A stretch of 31,412 nt of DNA from a virus (Duplodnaviria; Caudoviricetes): positions 1 through 31,412 of IMG/VR virus record IMGVR_UViG_3300027683_000015; one strand, given 5' to 3'. A program made the position numbers and the translations under genes. This document shows positions 23,391 to 31,412 of this stretch, piece by piece. Under the pieces are notes generated by a model. The model did no database searches. It had not been told where the DNA came from and saw only the letters and a list, made by a program, of their open reading frames with translations. Position 1 is the first letter of the stretch. The number at the start of each line of letters is the position of its first letter.

Positions 23391-24491
23391 ATGGATGATC
23401 TGCGCTCTGCCCTAGAATCGGCTGTCGAGGAACACTCGGAACCTGAGACCCCCTCTGCTCCGGTCGAGACTGTTGCCGCCCCTGAAACTGCCTCTCCTGC
23501 TCCCTCTCAGGATGACGGCGGTGCAGAGGCACCCACCGAAACGACGGCGGAGCGCGGATCACCAGACGCTCACAAGTCCATCGAGGAGGTTGCCAATGAA
23601 CCCGTTGTGGATAAGCCAGCAGACAAGCCTGGCCCTGACCCTCGCGTTGATCGCGCCCCCCAGTCCTGGAAGGGTGACGCCAAGCGGGTCTGGGCTGAAC
23701 TCCCCCTCAACGTCAGACAAGAAGTCATCCGGCGCGAGCGCGACACCACCAAAATCCTCCAGGAGTCTGCCGAAATAAGGCAGCGGGGGGATGCTGTACG
23801 GGACGTGCTAACCCCCCACATGGACCGCATCAACGCCATGTACCAGGGCAACCCGATCACGGCCATCAACAACCTGCTCGGCGTTGAGCGGGTGCTGGTC
23901 AGTGGCGACCCGGCGGCGAAGGTCAATCTGGTTGCCAACATGATCAAGCACTTTGGCATCGACCTCGTGTCGTTGGACCGGGCGCTGGTCGGTCAGCCGA
24001 TGACCCCGGAGGTGGAGCAACAGTCAAGCATCGAGAAGATGCTGGAGCAGAAGCTCGCCCCCTTCCAACAGTTCATCCAGAGCCAACAGCAACGGGAGCA
24101 AGAGCAGCGGGTCAAGCAAGAGCAGGAGGTTGCTCACACAGTCGAGTCCATGGCTTCTGATCCCAACTTCCCCTACTTCAGCGAAGTCAGATCTGATATG
24201 GCCGATTTAATCGACCTCGCAGCGAAAAAAGGGCTTTACTTATCATTAGAGCAGGCGTATAATAAGGCTGTAAGGATTAATGACGACACCTACCAGGCGT
24301 CGTCGGGACGTGAATCCTCACAGGCAGCTACCCAAGCCGCCCTGCAAGCCCACCAAGCGGCGCAACGCGCCAAAGGAGCCGCAGTCTCAGTGAGCGGTTC
24401 GCCCTCGATGCCCGGTGGCAACTCAGGAAATCCAAGTGATCTGCGCGGAACCATCGCCGGACTTTTGGGTGAGACAGGGAACAGGATATGA
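23391..24491 (+). CDS. Scaffolding protein
   Basis: Acidic low-complexity N-terminus, APQSWK...WAELP, helical Gln-rich body, upstream of the capsid gene. Confidence 0.8.
   Translation: MDDLRSALESAVEEHSEPETPSAPVETVAAPETASPAPSQDDGGAEAPTETTAERGSPDAHKSIEEVANEPVVDKPADKPGPDPRVDRAPQSWKGDAKRVWAELPLNVRQEVIRRERDTTKILQESAEIRQRGDAVRDVLTPHMDRINAMYQGNPITAINNLLGVERVLVSGDPAAKVNLVANMIKHFGIDLVSLDRALVGQPMTPEVEQQSSIEKMLEQKLAPFQQFIQSQQQREQEQRVKQEQEVAHTVESMASDPNFPYFSEVRSDMADLIDLAAKKGLYLSLEQAYNKAVRINDDTYQASSGRESSQAATQAALQAHQAAQRAKGAAVSVSGSPSMPGGNSGNPSDLRGTIAGLLGETGNRI
24235..24263 (+). promoter_or_regulatory. Internal promoter for capsid genes
   Basis: TTTACT-N17-TATAAT in an AT-rich patch of an otherwise GC-rich gene. 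Confidence 0.7.
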
Positions 24492-24676
24492 GCGACTACG
24501 TTAGCATGATAGTCAAGCAAATCCTCGGCCCCGGTCATGTGACCGAGGACGCGAACCCCACACCCAAAGCGTTCAGGGGAATTCCTATGCCAGTTGGAGG
24601 TGTCCCGCCTGCGACACCCGCCGGAACCAGAGTGTTCACCGGAAGTCCCGCAAGCACTATCCCTCAACCCAAATAG
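24488..24676 (+). CDS. Small Pro-rich hypothetical protein
   Basis: ATGA overlap with the scaffold stop; fills the gap before the capsid gene. Confidence 0.45.
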   Translation: MSDYVSMIVKQILGPGHVTEDANPTPKAFRGIPMPVGGVPPATPAGTRVFTGSPASTIPQPK

Positions 24677-24685
24677 GAGATTCAA

Positions 24686-25666
24686 ATGGCCTTCGCCAAT
24701 CCCTCGATCAGTGATGTCATCGCGACCACGATCCAGAACCGTTCCGGCATCATTGCCGACAACGTGACCAAGAACAACGCTCTGCTCTCCCGCCTGAAGC
24801 AGCGTGGCAACATCAAGAAGTTCTCCGGCGGTAACGTCATCCTCCAAGAACTGTCGTTCGCCGAGAACGCCAACGCTGGCTACTACAGCGGCTACGAGAC
24901 CCTGCCGGTCGCCGCGCAGGATGTCATCTCCGCTGCCCAGTACGACATCAAGCAGGCTGCCTGCCCCGTCACCATCAGTGGCTTGGAGCAACTCCAGAAC
25001 GCTGGCAAGGAACAGATCATCGACCTGCTGGAAGGCCGCATCGCTGTCGCCGAATCCACCATGGCCAACCTGATCTCGTCCGGCCTGTACTCGGATGGCA
25101 CCGGCTTCGGCGGCAAGGAAATCACTGGCCTGAACCTGCAAGTGCCGATCAACCCCGCTACCGGCTCACCGGGCGGCATCGACCGTGGCACGTGGAACTT
25201 CTGGCGCTCCAAGTTCTTCGACTTCACCACCGATGGTGGCGCTGTCGTGTCGTCCTCGAACATCCAGACGTACATGAACAAGCTCTGGGCACAGTTGGTT
25301 CGCGGCAATGACCGTCCTGACCTGGTGATCGTTGACAGCGTCCTGTGGGGCTTCTACATGAACTCCCTGCAAGCCATCCAGCGTTTCACCTCCAGCGAGT
25401 CGGCCACTCTTGGCTTCGTCACCACGAAGTTCATGGACGCTGACGTGGTGCTCGACGGCGGTATCGGCGGGTTCTGCCCGGCGAACACCGGCTTCATGCT
25501 GAACACCAAGTACCTGTTCTATCGCCCGCACGCTCAACGCGACATGGTGGCGCTGTCTCCGGGCAAGCGTTACTCGGTCAACCAGGACGCCGAAGTGCAA
25601 ATCCTGGCTTGGGCTGGCAACCTGACGGCTTCCGGTCTGCAATTCCAAGGCCGCATGAGCGACTAA
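24686..25666 (+). CDS. Major capsid protein
   Basis: AGGAG SD, strongest codon bias; IATTIQNRSG.IADNVTKNNALL and LYSDGTG..GKEITGL match a podovirus capsid family. Confidence 0.9.
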   Translation: MAFANPSISDVIATTIQNRSGIIADNVTKNNALLSRLKQRGNIKKFSGGNVILQELSFAENANAGYYSGYETLPVAAQDVISAAQYDIKQAACPVTISGLEQLQNAGKEQIIDLLEGRIAVAESTMANLISSGLYSDGTGFGGKEITGLNLQVPINPATGSPGGIDRGTWNFWRSKFFDFTTDGGAVVSSSNIQTYMNKLWAQLVRGNDRPDLVIVDSVLWGFYMNSLQAIQRFTSSESATLGFVTTKFMDADVVLDGGIGGFCPANTGFMLNTKYLFYRPHAQRDMVALSPGKRYSVNQDAEVQILAWAGNLTASGLQFQGRMSD

Positions 25667-25671
25667 GGCTT

Positions 25672-25732
25672 TGGTCTCCCCCGTTACCTTCCTGTGTGGT
25701 TGGTGTTCGGGCGGGGGAGACCATCTTCTCTT
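25672..25732 (+). terminator. Long-loop hairpin/terminator after the capsid gene
   Basis: 12-bp stem TGGTCTCCCCCG/CGGGGGAGACCA followed by TCTTCTCTT. Confidence 0.6.
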
Positions 25733-25746
25733 GAAAGGAGAACAGC

Positions 25747-26040
25747 ATGGCAGGAGTAGCAGGAGCAGTAATCGGCCTTGCATCGGGCGCACAAGCCAAC
25801 CTCGCGGGGGCGCAAGCCTTGCTCGATGCTGGCACGGTCGGTCGTGGTTGCACGACTAACTTCATCGGGTTCGGTCTGGGCAAGACCTCGCAGGAACCGC
25901 TGCCGGAGGACTTCAACGCCACGGATGATACCGTGACGCTGGCGATCACGGGCGGTGCGGACTACGAGCCGACCTACACGGCCATCCCAGGTAACACGAC
26001 GGCTGAAACGCTGTCGTGGGTTGATACGACGCCCCCGTAA
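25747..26040 (+). CDS. Putative virion (decoration) protein
   Basis: AAGGAG SD; small Gly/Ala/Thr-rich protein after the capsid gene. Confidence 0.65.
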   Translation: MAGVAGAVIGLASGAQANLAGAQALLDAGTVGRGCTTNFIGFGLGKTSQEPLPEDFNATDDTVTLAITGGADYEPTYTAIPGNTTAETLSWVDTTPP

Positions 26041-26438
26041 TGCTGCCGGGACTTCGCACCGCGCAAGGGGTGCTATACGTCACCACAGTCGCCCCTGTCG
26101 CGAGTGATCCTCGCGTTGGGGGCGTAGCTGTGACTGCCGCTGGCTCCATCCGGGCAGCCGTGAATGGAATCCCACAAGCATTCGCTAACGCACATGGAGT
26201 GCGGAACAATGGTGCGCTGTGTGTCAATACCGCAGGCACACAGGTTAGCAACCACGTGAATGGCCTGCCGGTCAATTCTGTGGGGCAGCTTGTTTGCCAG
26301 TTGAACCAGACCCCCGCACCGTCTGACCCGTATGTTGGTGGCATCCGTGTGGGGCCGCTTGGAGGGGTGTACATCACAGACGCCGCCCCCACGCCCCCTT
26401 TTAGCTTTTCCACTGGTTTCAATGACGGGTACTTCTGA
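26040..26438 (+). CDS. Putative virion protein
   Basis: TAATG coupling; repeated V.G..V...G.L/I beta units; ends FSTGFNDGYF. Confidence 0.65.
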   Translation: MLPGLRTAQGVLYVTTVAPVASDPRVGGVAVTAAGSIRAAVNGIPQAFANAHGVRNNGALCVNTAGTQVSNHVNGLPVNSVGQLVCQLNQTPAPSDPYVGGIRVGPLGGVYITDAAPTPPFSFSTGFNDGYF

Positions 26439-26995
26439 TGGCTCGCAAATCAATCGTTGAACTGATCGCTCAGGCGACTGCCGACTTCCCCGACAACGTG
26501 ACCGGGCTGATCACGCCCGCCAAGCTGCGGACGTGGGCCATCGACTTCCTGAATGCAATCGCCCCGGCCTACGGGTATCTGACCCTCACCGGCCCGCTGA
26601 CGCAGACGTTCGGCCTGTCCCCGGCGCTGGTCGTGTTCCAGGCAGCGTTTAACAGCGACCCGTCCCAGACGACTGCGGCTGTCCCGGCCTCGACTGTGAT
26701 CAAGGTGGAGCGCGGCAACGTTACTGTCAACTTCACGATGGACTTCGAGGCAACCAATGGGCGCTTCATCTCCTTCCAACTGTTCAAGGATGGGGCTGCG
26801 ACCGGCTGGCGCACTACGGGCAACGGGGCTGGCGCGGGCAACCCTGTGGGTGTCGCCCTGACCGCTGTCGACTACTCCTCCACCCCCGGTGCGGTCTATG
26901 ATATTCGCGCCACGGCTGAGATTGCTGGAGTCAGCACCGTCATGAGCAACGGGGCACTGGTCGTTCAGGTCGATCCGGTCCGCAACTTCACGTAA
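26438..26995 (+). CDS. Putative virion fibre/decoration protein
   Basis: TGATG coupling; FPDNVTGLITPAKLR N-terminal motif and beta-rich C-terminus. Confidence 0.7.
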   Translation: MARKSIVELIAQATADFPDNVTGLITPAKLRTWAIDFLNAIAPAYGYLTLTGPLTQTFGLSPALVVFQAAFNSDPSQTTAAVPASTVIKVERGNVTVNFTMDFEATNGRFISFQLFKDGAATGWRTTGNGAGAGNPVGVALTAVDYSSTPGAVYDIRATAEIAGVSTVMSNGALVVQVDPVRNFT

Positions 26996-27004
26996 GGAAC
27001 AGTC

Positions 27005-27457
27005 ATGATTAGCAGAAACAGTTGGGGACCGGGCGGCATGCAATGGTTCAATGGTGAGCCTTTGACAAAGGGGAAGCGGCTTGGGCTTGGAGACCCCAAC
27101 TGGTTGTCAGGGGGTCAGCCGAATGAAAGCTACCAGCCAACGGTTACTCCGGGCATCAACACTCCGCCGCCGATGCCTGGTCCTGCTCCCACGCAACAGA
27201 CCGCGCCCGCGCCGGCAGCAACGCCTGTCGCCACGCCCGACCAGTCGCCGTCCCTGAACCAGACCATCACGCAGGCGATGCAACCGACCAATAGTGCTGT
27301 GGGTCAGAACCCGGCTCCACTTTCCGGCTTTCCGGGACAGTTGCCACAGCAAGCCGGCCTCACGCAGCCTCAACAGTCGCAGTCGCAGTACGGGTTCCAA
27401 CCGCAACAGACCCAGACAGTGCTTGATACGCTCCGTCAGGGGGCACAAATTCAGTAA
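27005..27457 (+). CDS. Pro/Gln-rich hypothetical protein
   Basis: AAGGA SD; low-complexity, probably disordered. Confidence 0.55.
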   Translation: MISRNSWGPGGMQWFNGEPLTKGKRLGLGDPNWLSGGQPNESYQPTVTPGINTPPPMPGPAPTQQTAPAPAATPVATPDQSPSLNQTITQAMQPTNSAVGQNPAPLSGFPGQLPQQAGLTQPQQSQSQYGFQPQQTQTVLDTLRQGAQIQ

Positions 27458-27508
27458 CGGGCTGGCATGCCCCGTTTCCCTGCATTGCCAACTACAAGGA
27501 GAATAGCC

Positions 27509-28108
27509 ATGAACCAAATGATGCAAGGTGGTCTGCCCACCTACGATGACGCCGCGAACCTCGCCAACCAGGCACGGTTCGCAATGGACCACAAGCTGTA
27601 CGTCCAGTTCTACATCCGTCCCGTGATGAACAACTTTCGCTCAAGTGAGGAAGGTCGCCCCATCTACGAGGAACAGGAGTACATTCGCATCATCGTTCCT
27701 GGCGACTCCAAGACGACTGTCGATTGCCCGGTGGATGACATCTTCCGCATGCGGTTCGAGAAGCAGTACAGCAAGTTCAAGAAGGGGCTGGAGCAGGCTG
27801 TCGACGGCACCCCGCTGGAGATGTGGCCCCAGATGACTGTTGGTCTCTGCGCCGAACTCAAGGCCATGAATGTCTCGACCGTGGAACAGTTGGCTTCCCT
27901 CGACGACGGCAAGGCCCAGAAGATCATGGGCAGCTATGACCTCCGGCGCAAGGCCCAGGCGTTCCTCGATGCCGCGCAGGGCGAAGCCGCCAACAACAAG
28001 ATGGTGGCCGAACTGACCAAGCGCGACGACGAAATCACCCTGCTCAAAAACCAGATGGCAGAACTGATGAAGTCTGCGGCATCCGCAAAAGCAACCGCGA
28101 AGGCATAA
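27509..28108 (+). CDS. Conserved morphogenesis-region protein with HhH-like segment
   Basis: AAGGAG SD; S.EEGRPIY..EYIRI.VPGD, GTPLEMWP, ELKAMNVSTVEQLA. Confidence 0.75.
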   Translation: MNQMMQGGLPTYDDAANLANQARFAMDHKLYVQFYIRPVMNNFRSSEEGRPIYEEQEYIRIIVPGDSKTTVDCPVDDIFRMRFEKQYSKFKKGLEQAVDGTPLEMWPQMTVGLCAELKAMNVSTVEQLASLDDGKAQKIMGSYDLRRKAQAFLDAAQGEAANNKMVAELTKRDDEITLLKNQMAELMKSAASAKATAKA

Positions 28109-28111
28109 CCC

Positions 28112-28837
28112 ATGCAAGGTAACGCGCTCCAGATCGCACAACAGGCAGCAATGGAACTGGGCCTTCCGGCTCCGACTGAGCTTGTTACCTCCAAAGAGCA
28201 GACCAGCATTCAGTTGCTCGGTCTGCTCAACGCTGCTGGCAACGAACTGCTCAACGCCTTCGAGTGGCAGTTCCTCAACAAGACGTTCATCCTGACGACC
28301 GAGGCGGACAAGGGCAAATACCCGATCCCTGCCGACGTGTCGCGGATCATCAATCAAACCTTGTGGGACTACGGCAACCGTCGTCCTGCATACGGCCCTG
28401 TCAGCTCACAAGGCTGGCAGGTGCTGACCAATGCCCTGATCTCTGTTGGCCCGTTCGCCCGCTACCGGGTGGTGGACAACAGCATCGAAATCCTGCCGGT
28501 GCCCAAGAACCCCGGCCACGTGTTCGACTACCAGTACATCAGCAACGGGTGGGTGCAGACCTTCCTCGACCCGGCTATCTTTGGCCCGTTCATCACCAAC
28601 GACAAGGACACCATCCTGTACGACTTCTGGCTGACGGTCAAGCTGCTCAAGCTCAAGATGTGGCAAGCTAAGGGGTTGGAGACCACGAACCTGGTGGCCG
28701 ACTTCGCCCGCACGTTCGATGCCCTCACCGGCATGGATCATGGCGCTCCGGTGCTCGGCCTGGCCAACTCGTTCAAGACCCCGTGGCTGACCATGTACAA
28801 CGTGCCAGACGGCAACTGGAACACAGGCGCTCTCTGA
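28112..28837 (+). CDS. Head-tail adaptor (P22 gp4 / tail tubular A-like)
   Basis: Position; ALQIAQQA..ELGL, WQFL, Y.IPAD..R; size. Confidence 0.7.
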   Translation: MQGNALQIAQQAAMELGLPAPTELVTSKEQTSIQLLGLLNAAGNELLNAFEWQFLNKTFILTTEADKGKYPIPADVSRIINQTLWDYGNRRPAYGPVSSQGWQVLTNALISVGPFARYRVVDNSIEILPVPKNPGHVFDYQYISNGWVQTFLDPAIFGPFITNDKDTILYDFWLTVKLLKLKMWQAKGLETTNLVADFARTFDALTGMDHGAPVLGLANSFKTPWLTMYNVPDGNWNTGAL

Positions 28838-30426
28838 TGCCGCGTCCCCCGACCCGTCCCGCCATGCGCCAGATCAGCGGCAGCACGACAGTCCCGGCCC
28901 CAACCGGCGGGCTGAATGCTATCTCGCCCATCTCCAACATGGCCGAGACCGACGCGATCATCATGCGGAACTTCTTCCCTGAGCCGTTTGGCTGCCGGGT
29001 GAGGAAGGGCTACAAGCAACACGCCACCGGGCTGGATGGCGCGGTTGCCTCGATCCTGACCTATCTCAGTCAGACCGGCACCAACATCATCTTCGCTGTC
29101 GACCAGTCCAAGGTGTACGACGTGACGGCACCGGGCGATTACTCGGCAGCAATAGAGGTCTGCGACTCCACAAACCCATGGTGGCAGCACACCAACTTCG
29201 CCACCCCGTCCGGCACCCACATGATTGCCTTCAACGGGGCAGATGACGGTATCCTCTGGTCCTCGGATGGGCTGCACCGGCTGGTGGCTGGCGACGGCAC
29301 GACTGCCGACACGTGGAAGAACATCGACCCCAAGAAGCTCGTCGTGCCGGTCATTCACCAGCGCCGGCTGTGGGCGGTCGAGACTGCAAGCACAAAGGCG
29401 TGGTATCTCCCCGCCGAACAGGTTTGGGGCGATGCCAAGTTCTTTGACTTCGGCCCCGTTTTCTCTCGTGGCGGCTTCCTCCAGACGCTTGTGGTCTACA
29501 CCCAGGACAGCGGTTACGGCCCAGATGACTATCTGGTGGCCATCTCGTCGGCTGGCGAGTGCGCCATCTACAAGGGCACCGATCCCGACAGCCTTGAGAC
29601 ATGGGGCTTGGTCGGCATCTTCTACATCGGCTCCACCTTCACCCGCCGTTGTGCTGTCCGCTTCGGCGGTGACGTTGCCATCCTGACCCAGTACGGCCTC
29701 ATCACAGTTGGCTCCATCGCCAAGCCGACCGAGTACAGCGTGCTCGACAACGCCCTGTCGCAGAAAGTCCAGTACCTCATCAGTGAGGTCATCAGCGAGG
29801 GCAGCTACCGCTCAGGCTGGTCGCTCGTGTTCCACCCCGGCATCAACATGATGCTCATCAACGTCCCCGGCGTCGTGCCGAGTCAGACGTTCCAGCTTGC
29901 CTACAACACGCTGACGAAGGCATGGAGCATCTTTGAGGGGCAGGTTGCATATACCTGGTACTCGGTGTTCGACTCCCTCCTGTTCGGGGGCGAGAACACG
30001 CTGTACCGCGCTTGGGAAGGCAACCTGGACAACGTGCCGCTGGACGGTGAAGGGGGAGACCTCATCACCGCCCAGGTGCAACAGGCGTTCAGCTACTTCA
30101 AGCTGCCGGGCGAACTCAAGCACTACAAGATGTTCCGCCCCACGTTCTTGTACGCGGGCAAGTTCGACTTCCAGGCCGGGGCGAACATGAACTTCGACTT
30201 CGCCACCCTGCCCCCGCCCGCCAGTTTCAGCTTGGCCAACTTCGGTGTGTGGAACGAGTCCCTGTGGGGAGATGATGTGTGGGCTGGCGGTTCGCAGAGC
30301 GACAAGCAATGGATCAGCATCATCGGCATCGGCTACGCTGCCGCCATTCGTATGATCGTCAAGACCGGCAGCGACCTGACCTGGGTCAGCACCGACTGGC
30401 TCATGGAGAAGGGAGGCGTGGTATGA
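28837..30426 (+). CDS. Tail hub / packaged-DNA stabilisation protein (P22 gp10-like)
   Basis: VPAPTGGLNA...NFFP...VRKGY N-terminus, beta-propeller-like body, W..SLW...W C-terminus; TGATG coupling. Confidence 0.78.
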   Translation: MPRPPTRPAMRQISGSTTVPAPTGGLNAISPISNMAETDAIIMRNFFPEPFGCRVRKGYKQHATGLDGAVASILTYLSQTGTNIIFAVDQSKVYDVTAPGDYSAAIEVCDSTNPWWQHTNFATPSGTHMIAFNGADDGILWSSDGLHRLVAGDGTTADTWKNIDPKKLVVPVIHQRRLWAVETASTKAWYLPAEQVWGDAKFFDFGPVFSRGGFLQTLVVYTQDSGYGPDDYLVAISSAGECAIYKGTDPDSLETWGLVGIFYIGSTFTRRCAVRFGGDVAILTQYGLITVGSIAKPTEYSVLDNALSQKVQYLISEVISEGSYRSGWSLVFHPGINMMLINVPGVVPSQTFQLAYNTLTKAWSIFEGQVAYTWYSVFDSLLFGGENTLYRAWEGNLDNVPLDGEGGDLITAQVQQAFSYFKLPGELKHYKMFRPTFLYAGKFDFQAGANMNFDFATLPPPASFSLANFGVWNESLWGDDVWAGGSQSDKQWISIIGIGYAAAIRMIVKTGSDLTWVSTDWLMEKGGVV

Positions 30427-30899
30427 ACGATCTTACTACATTTGCTAATCTACTCCCCGCCCTGCCGGAAGGCATAAACCTAGCCAGCCGCGAAGGCATC
30501 ATGGCTATGGAGCATGCGCTCTGTGCGGTGTTTGAACCGGGCGAGAACGAGGACGTGTTCCCCCTCACCCACCGCTTTGCTGACAACGTGTATGCTCGGG
30601 AGATTCTGCTCCCCGCCGGCACAATCGTCATCGGCAAGATTCACCGTTACGGGCATCTGAACATCATCACCAAAGGCCATGTGTCGGTGCTGACTGAGGA
30701 TGGAGTTGAGGAGCTACGCGCCCCACTTACGTTCATCAGCAAGCCCGGCACGAAGCGGGTGGTGTATGCCCACGAAGATACCGTCTGGACCACCATTCAC
30801 GGCACCCGCCATACTGACGTGAAAAAGGTTGAGGACGACATTATCTGCAAGACGTTCGCTGAATACGACCGCTTGCTGCAACTTGAGGAGAAACCATAA
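30423..30899 (+). CDS. Cupin-fold protein
   Basis: HRFADNVYAREILLPAGTIVIGKIH...HLNII.KG...PGTKRVVYAHEDTVWTTIH. Confidence 0.75.
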   Translation: MNDLTTFANLLPALPEGINLASREGIMAMEHALCAVFEPGENEDVFPLTHRFADNVYAREILLPAGTIVIGKIHRYGHLNIITKGHVSVLTEDGVEELRAPLTFISKPGTKRVVYAHEDTVWTTIHGTRHTDVKKVEDDIICKTFAEYDRLLQLEEKP

Positions 30900-31412
30900 T
30901 GGCATGGGCAGCAATCGGCGGGGCAGTAATCGGCACAGCAGGCTCGATTTATTCGGCCAACCAACAGAAGAAGGCAGCCAAGAACGCGGCGAACCAACCA
31001 TCTGCCGGCGAAGCGGCTCAGGCTGCCAATCAACAGTCGTGGACTGACATCGACCGGGTGAATGCGCTCAACCGCGAGAACGCCCTGTGGACGCAGCAGC
31101 AGAACATGGCTGCTCAAGACAAAAACATGATCGACTCCAGCAACCAGTGGGGTTCGACCAGCCGTGAGCGCGACCCGGTTACTGGTGAGTTGAAACAGAC
31201 CTCCTCGCTGGCAGGCCCGTGGAAAGACATTGCTGACCAGGGTGCGACGCAGTATGGTCAGATGCAGGGTGCCCTCGGCAGCGGCTTCAACGTCAACAGC
31301 GACTACATGAACGCCCTCCGCGCCCAACTGCAACCGGGCTATGACCAGATGGCTGCCGCCCAACGCAATCGGGCTGCTGCCATGGGAACCGGCTTCAACT
31401 CCGGGGCGGCGA
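30899..31412 (+). CDS. DNA ejection / internal virion protein (P22 gp7-like), partial
   Basis: GAGGAG SD, TAATG coupling; MAWAAIGGAVIGTAGSIYSANQQKKAAK; Ala/Gln-rich and open to the window end. Confidence 0.75.
   Translation, partial: MAWAAIGGAVIGTAGSIYSANQQKKAAKNAANQPSAGEAAQAANQQSWTDIDRVNALNRENALWTQQQNMAAQDKNMIDSSNQWGSTSRERDPVTGELKQTSSLAGPWKDIADQGATQYGQMQGALGSGFNVNSDYMNALRAQLQPGYDQMAAAQRNRAAAMGTGFNSGAA

Noticed and set aside
1-31412. tRNA, rRNA, intron, intein or IS elements
   Set aside because: None recognised; PolA, terL, helicase and capsid appear uninterrupted. A covariance-model scan was not run.

Overview
The window is most of a circularly permuted tailed dsDNA phage genome, probably a podovirus of a proteobacterial host. 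It has a P22-like adaptor, a gp10-type tail hub and ejection proteins. Layout: (i) 1-2006 (+) is the end of the late operon: tail-collar fibre, three exported proteins and a ferritin/Dps-like protein, closed by a bidirectional terminator. (ii) 2038-13979 (-) is a replication and nucleotide-metabolism arm: Gp157/Gam-like protein, putative SSB, family A DNA polymerase, Cas4-like exonuclease, VRR-NUC, SNF2 helicase, then a compact thymidine-modification cassette (P-loop kinase, clade-1 aGPT-Pplase-type helical protein, dUMP hydroxymethylase, HD hydrolase, DUF3310), two HTH proteins and small ORFs. (iii) 14119-18466 holds a TOPRIM primase-SF3 helicase with a predicted counter-transcribed small RNA in its leader and a G/C-tract putative origin downstream. 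It is flanked by two inward-facing paralogous genes with near-identical promoters. (iv) 18888-31412 (+) runs from terminase through portal, scaffold, capsid and tail to an ejection protein. The most notable observations are a minimal 5-hmdU kinase/aGPT-Pplase1 cassette with no visible amino-acid:DNA transferase or tailoring enzymes, a plasmid-style antisense-RNA switch on the primase, and a 39-nt promoter shared by the replication arm and the modification cassette. All family assignments come from motif recognition by eye; no searches were run.
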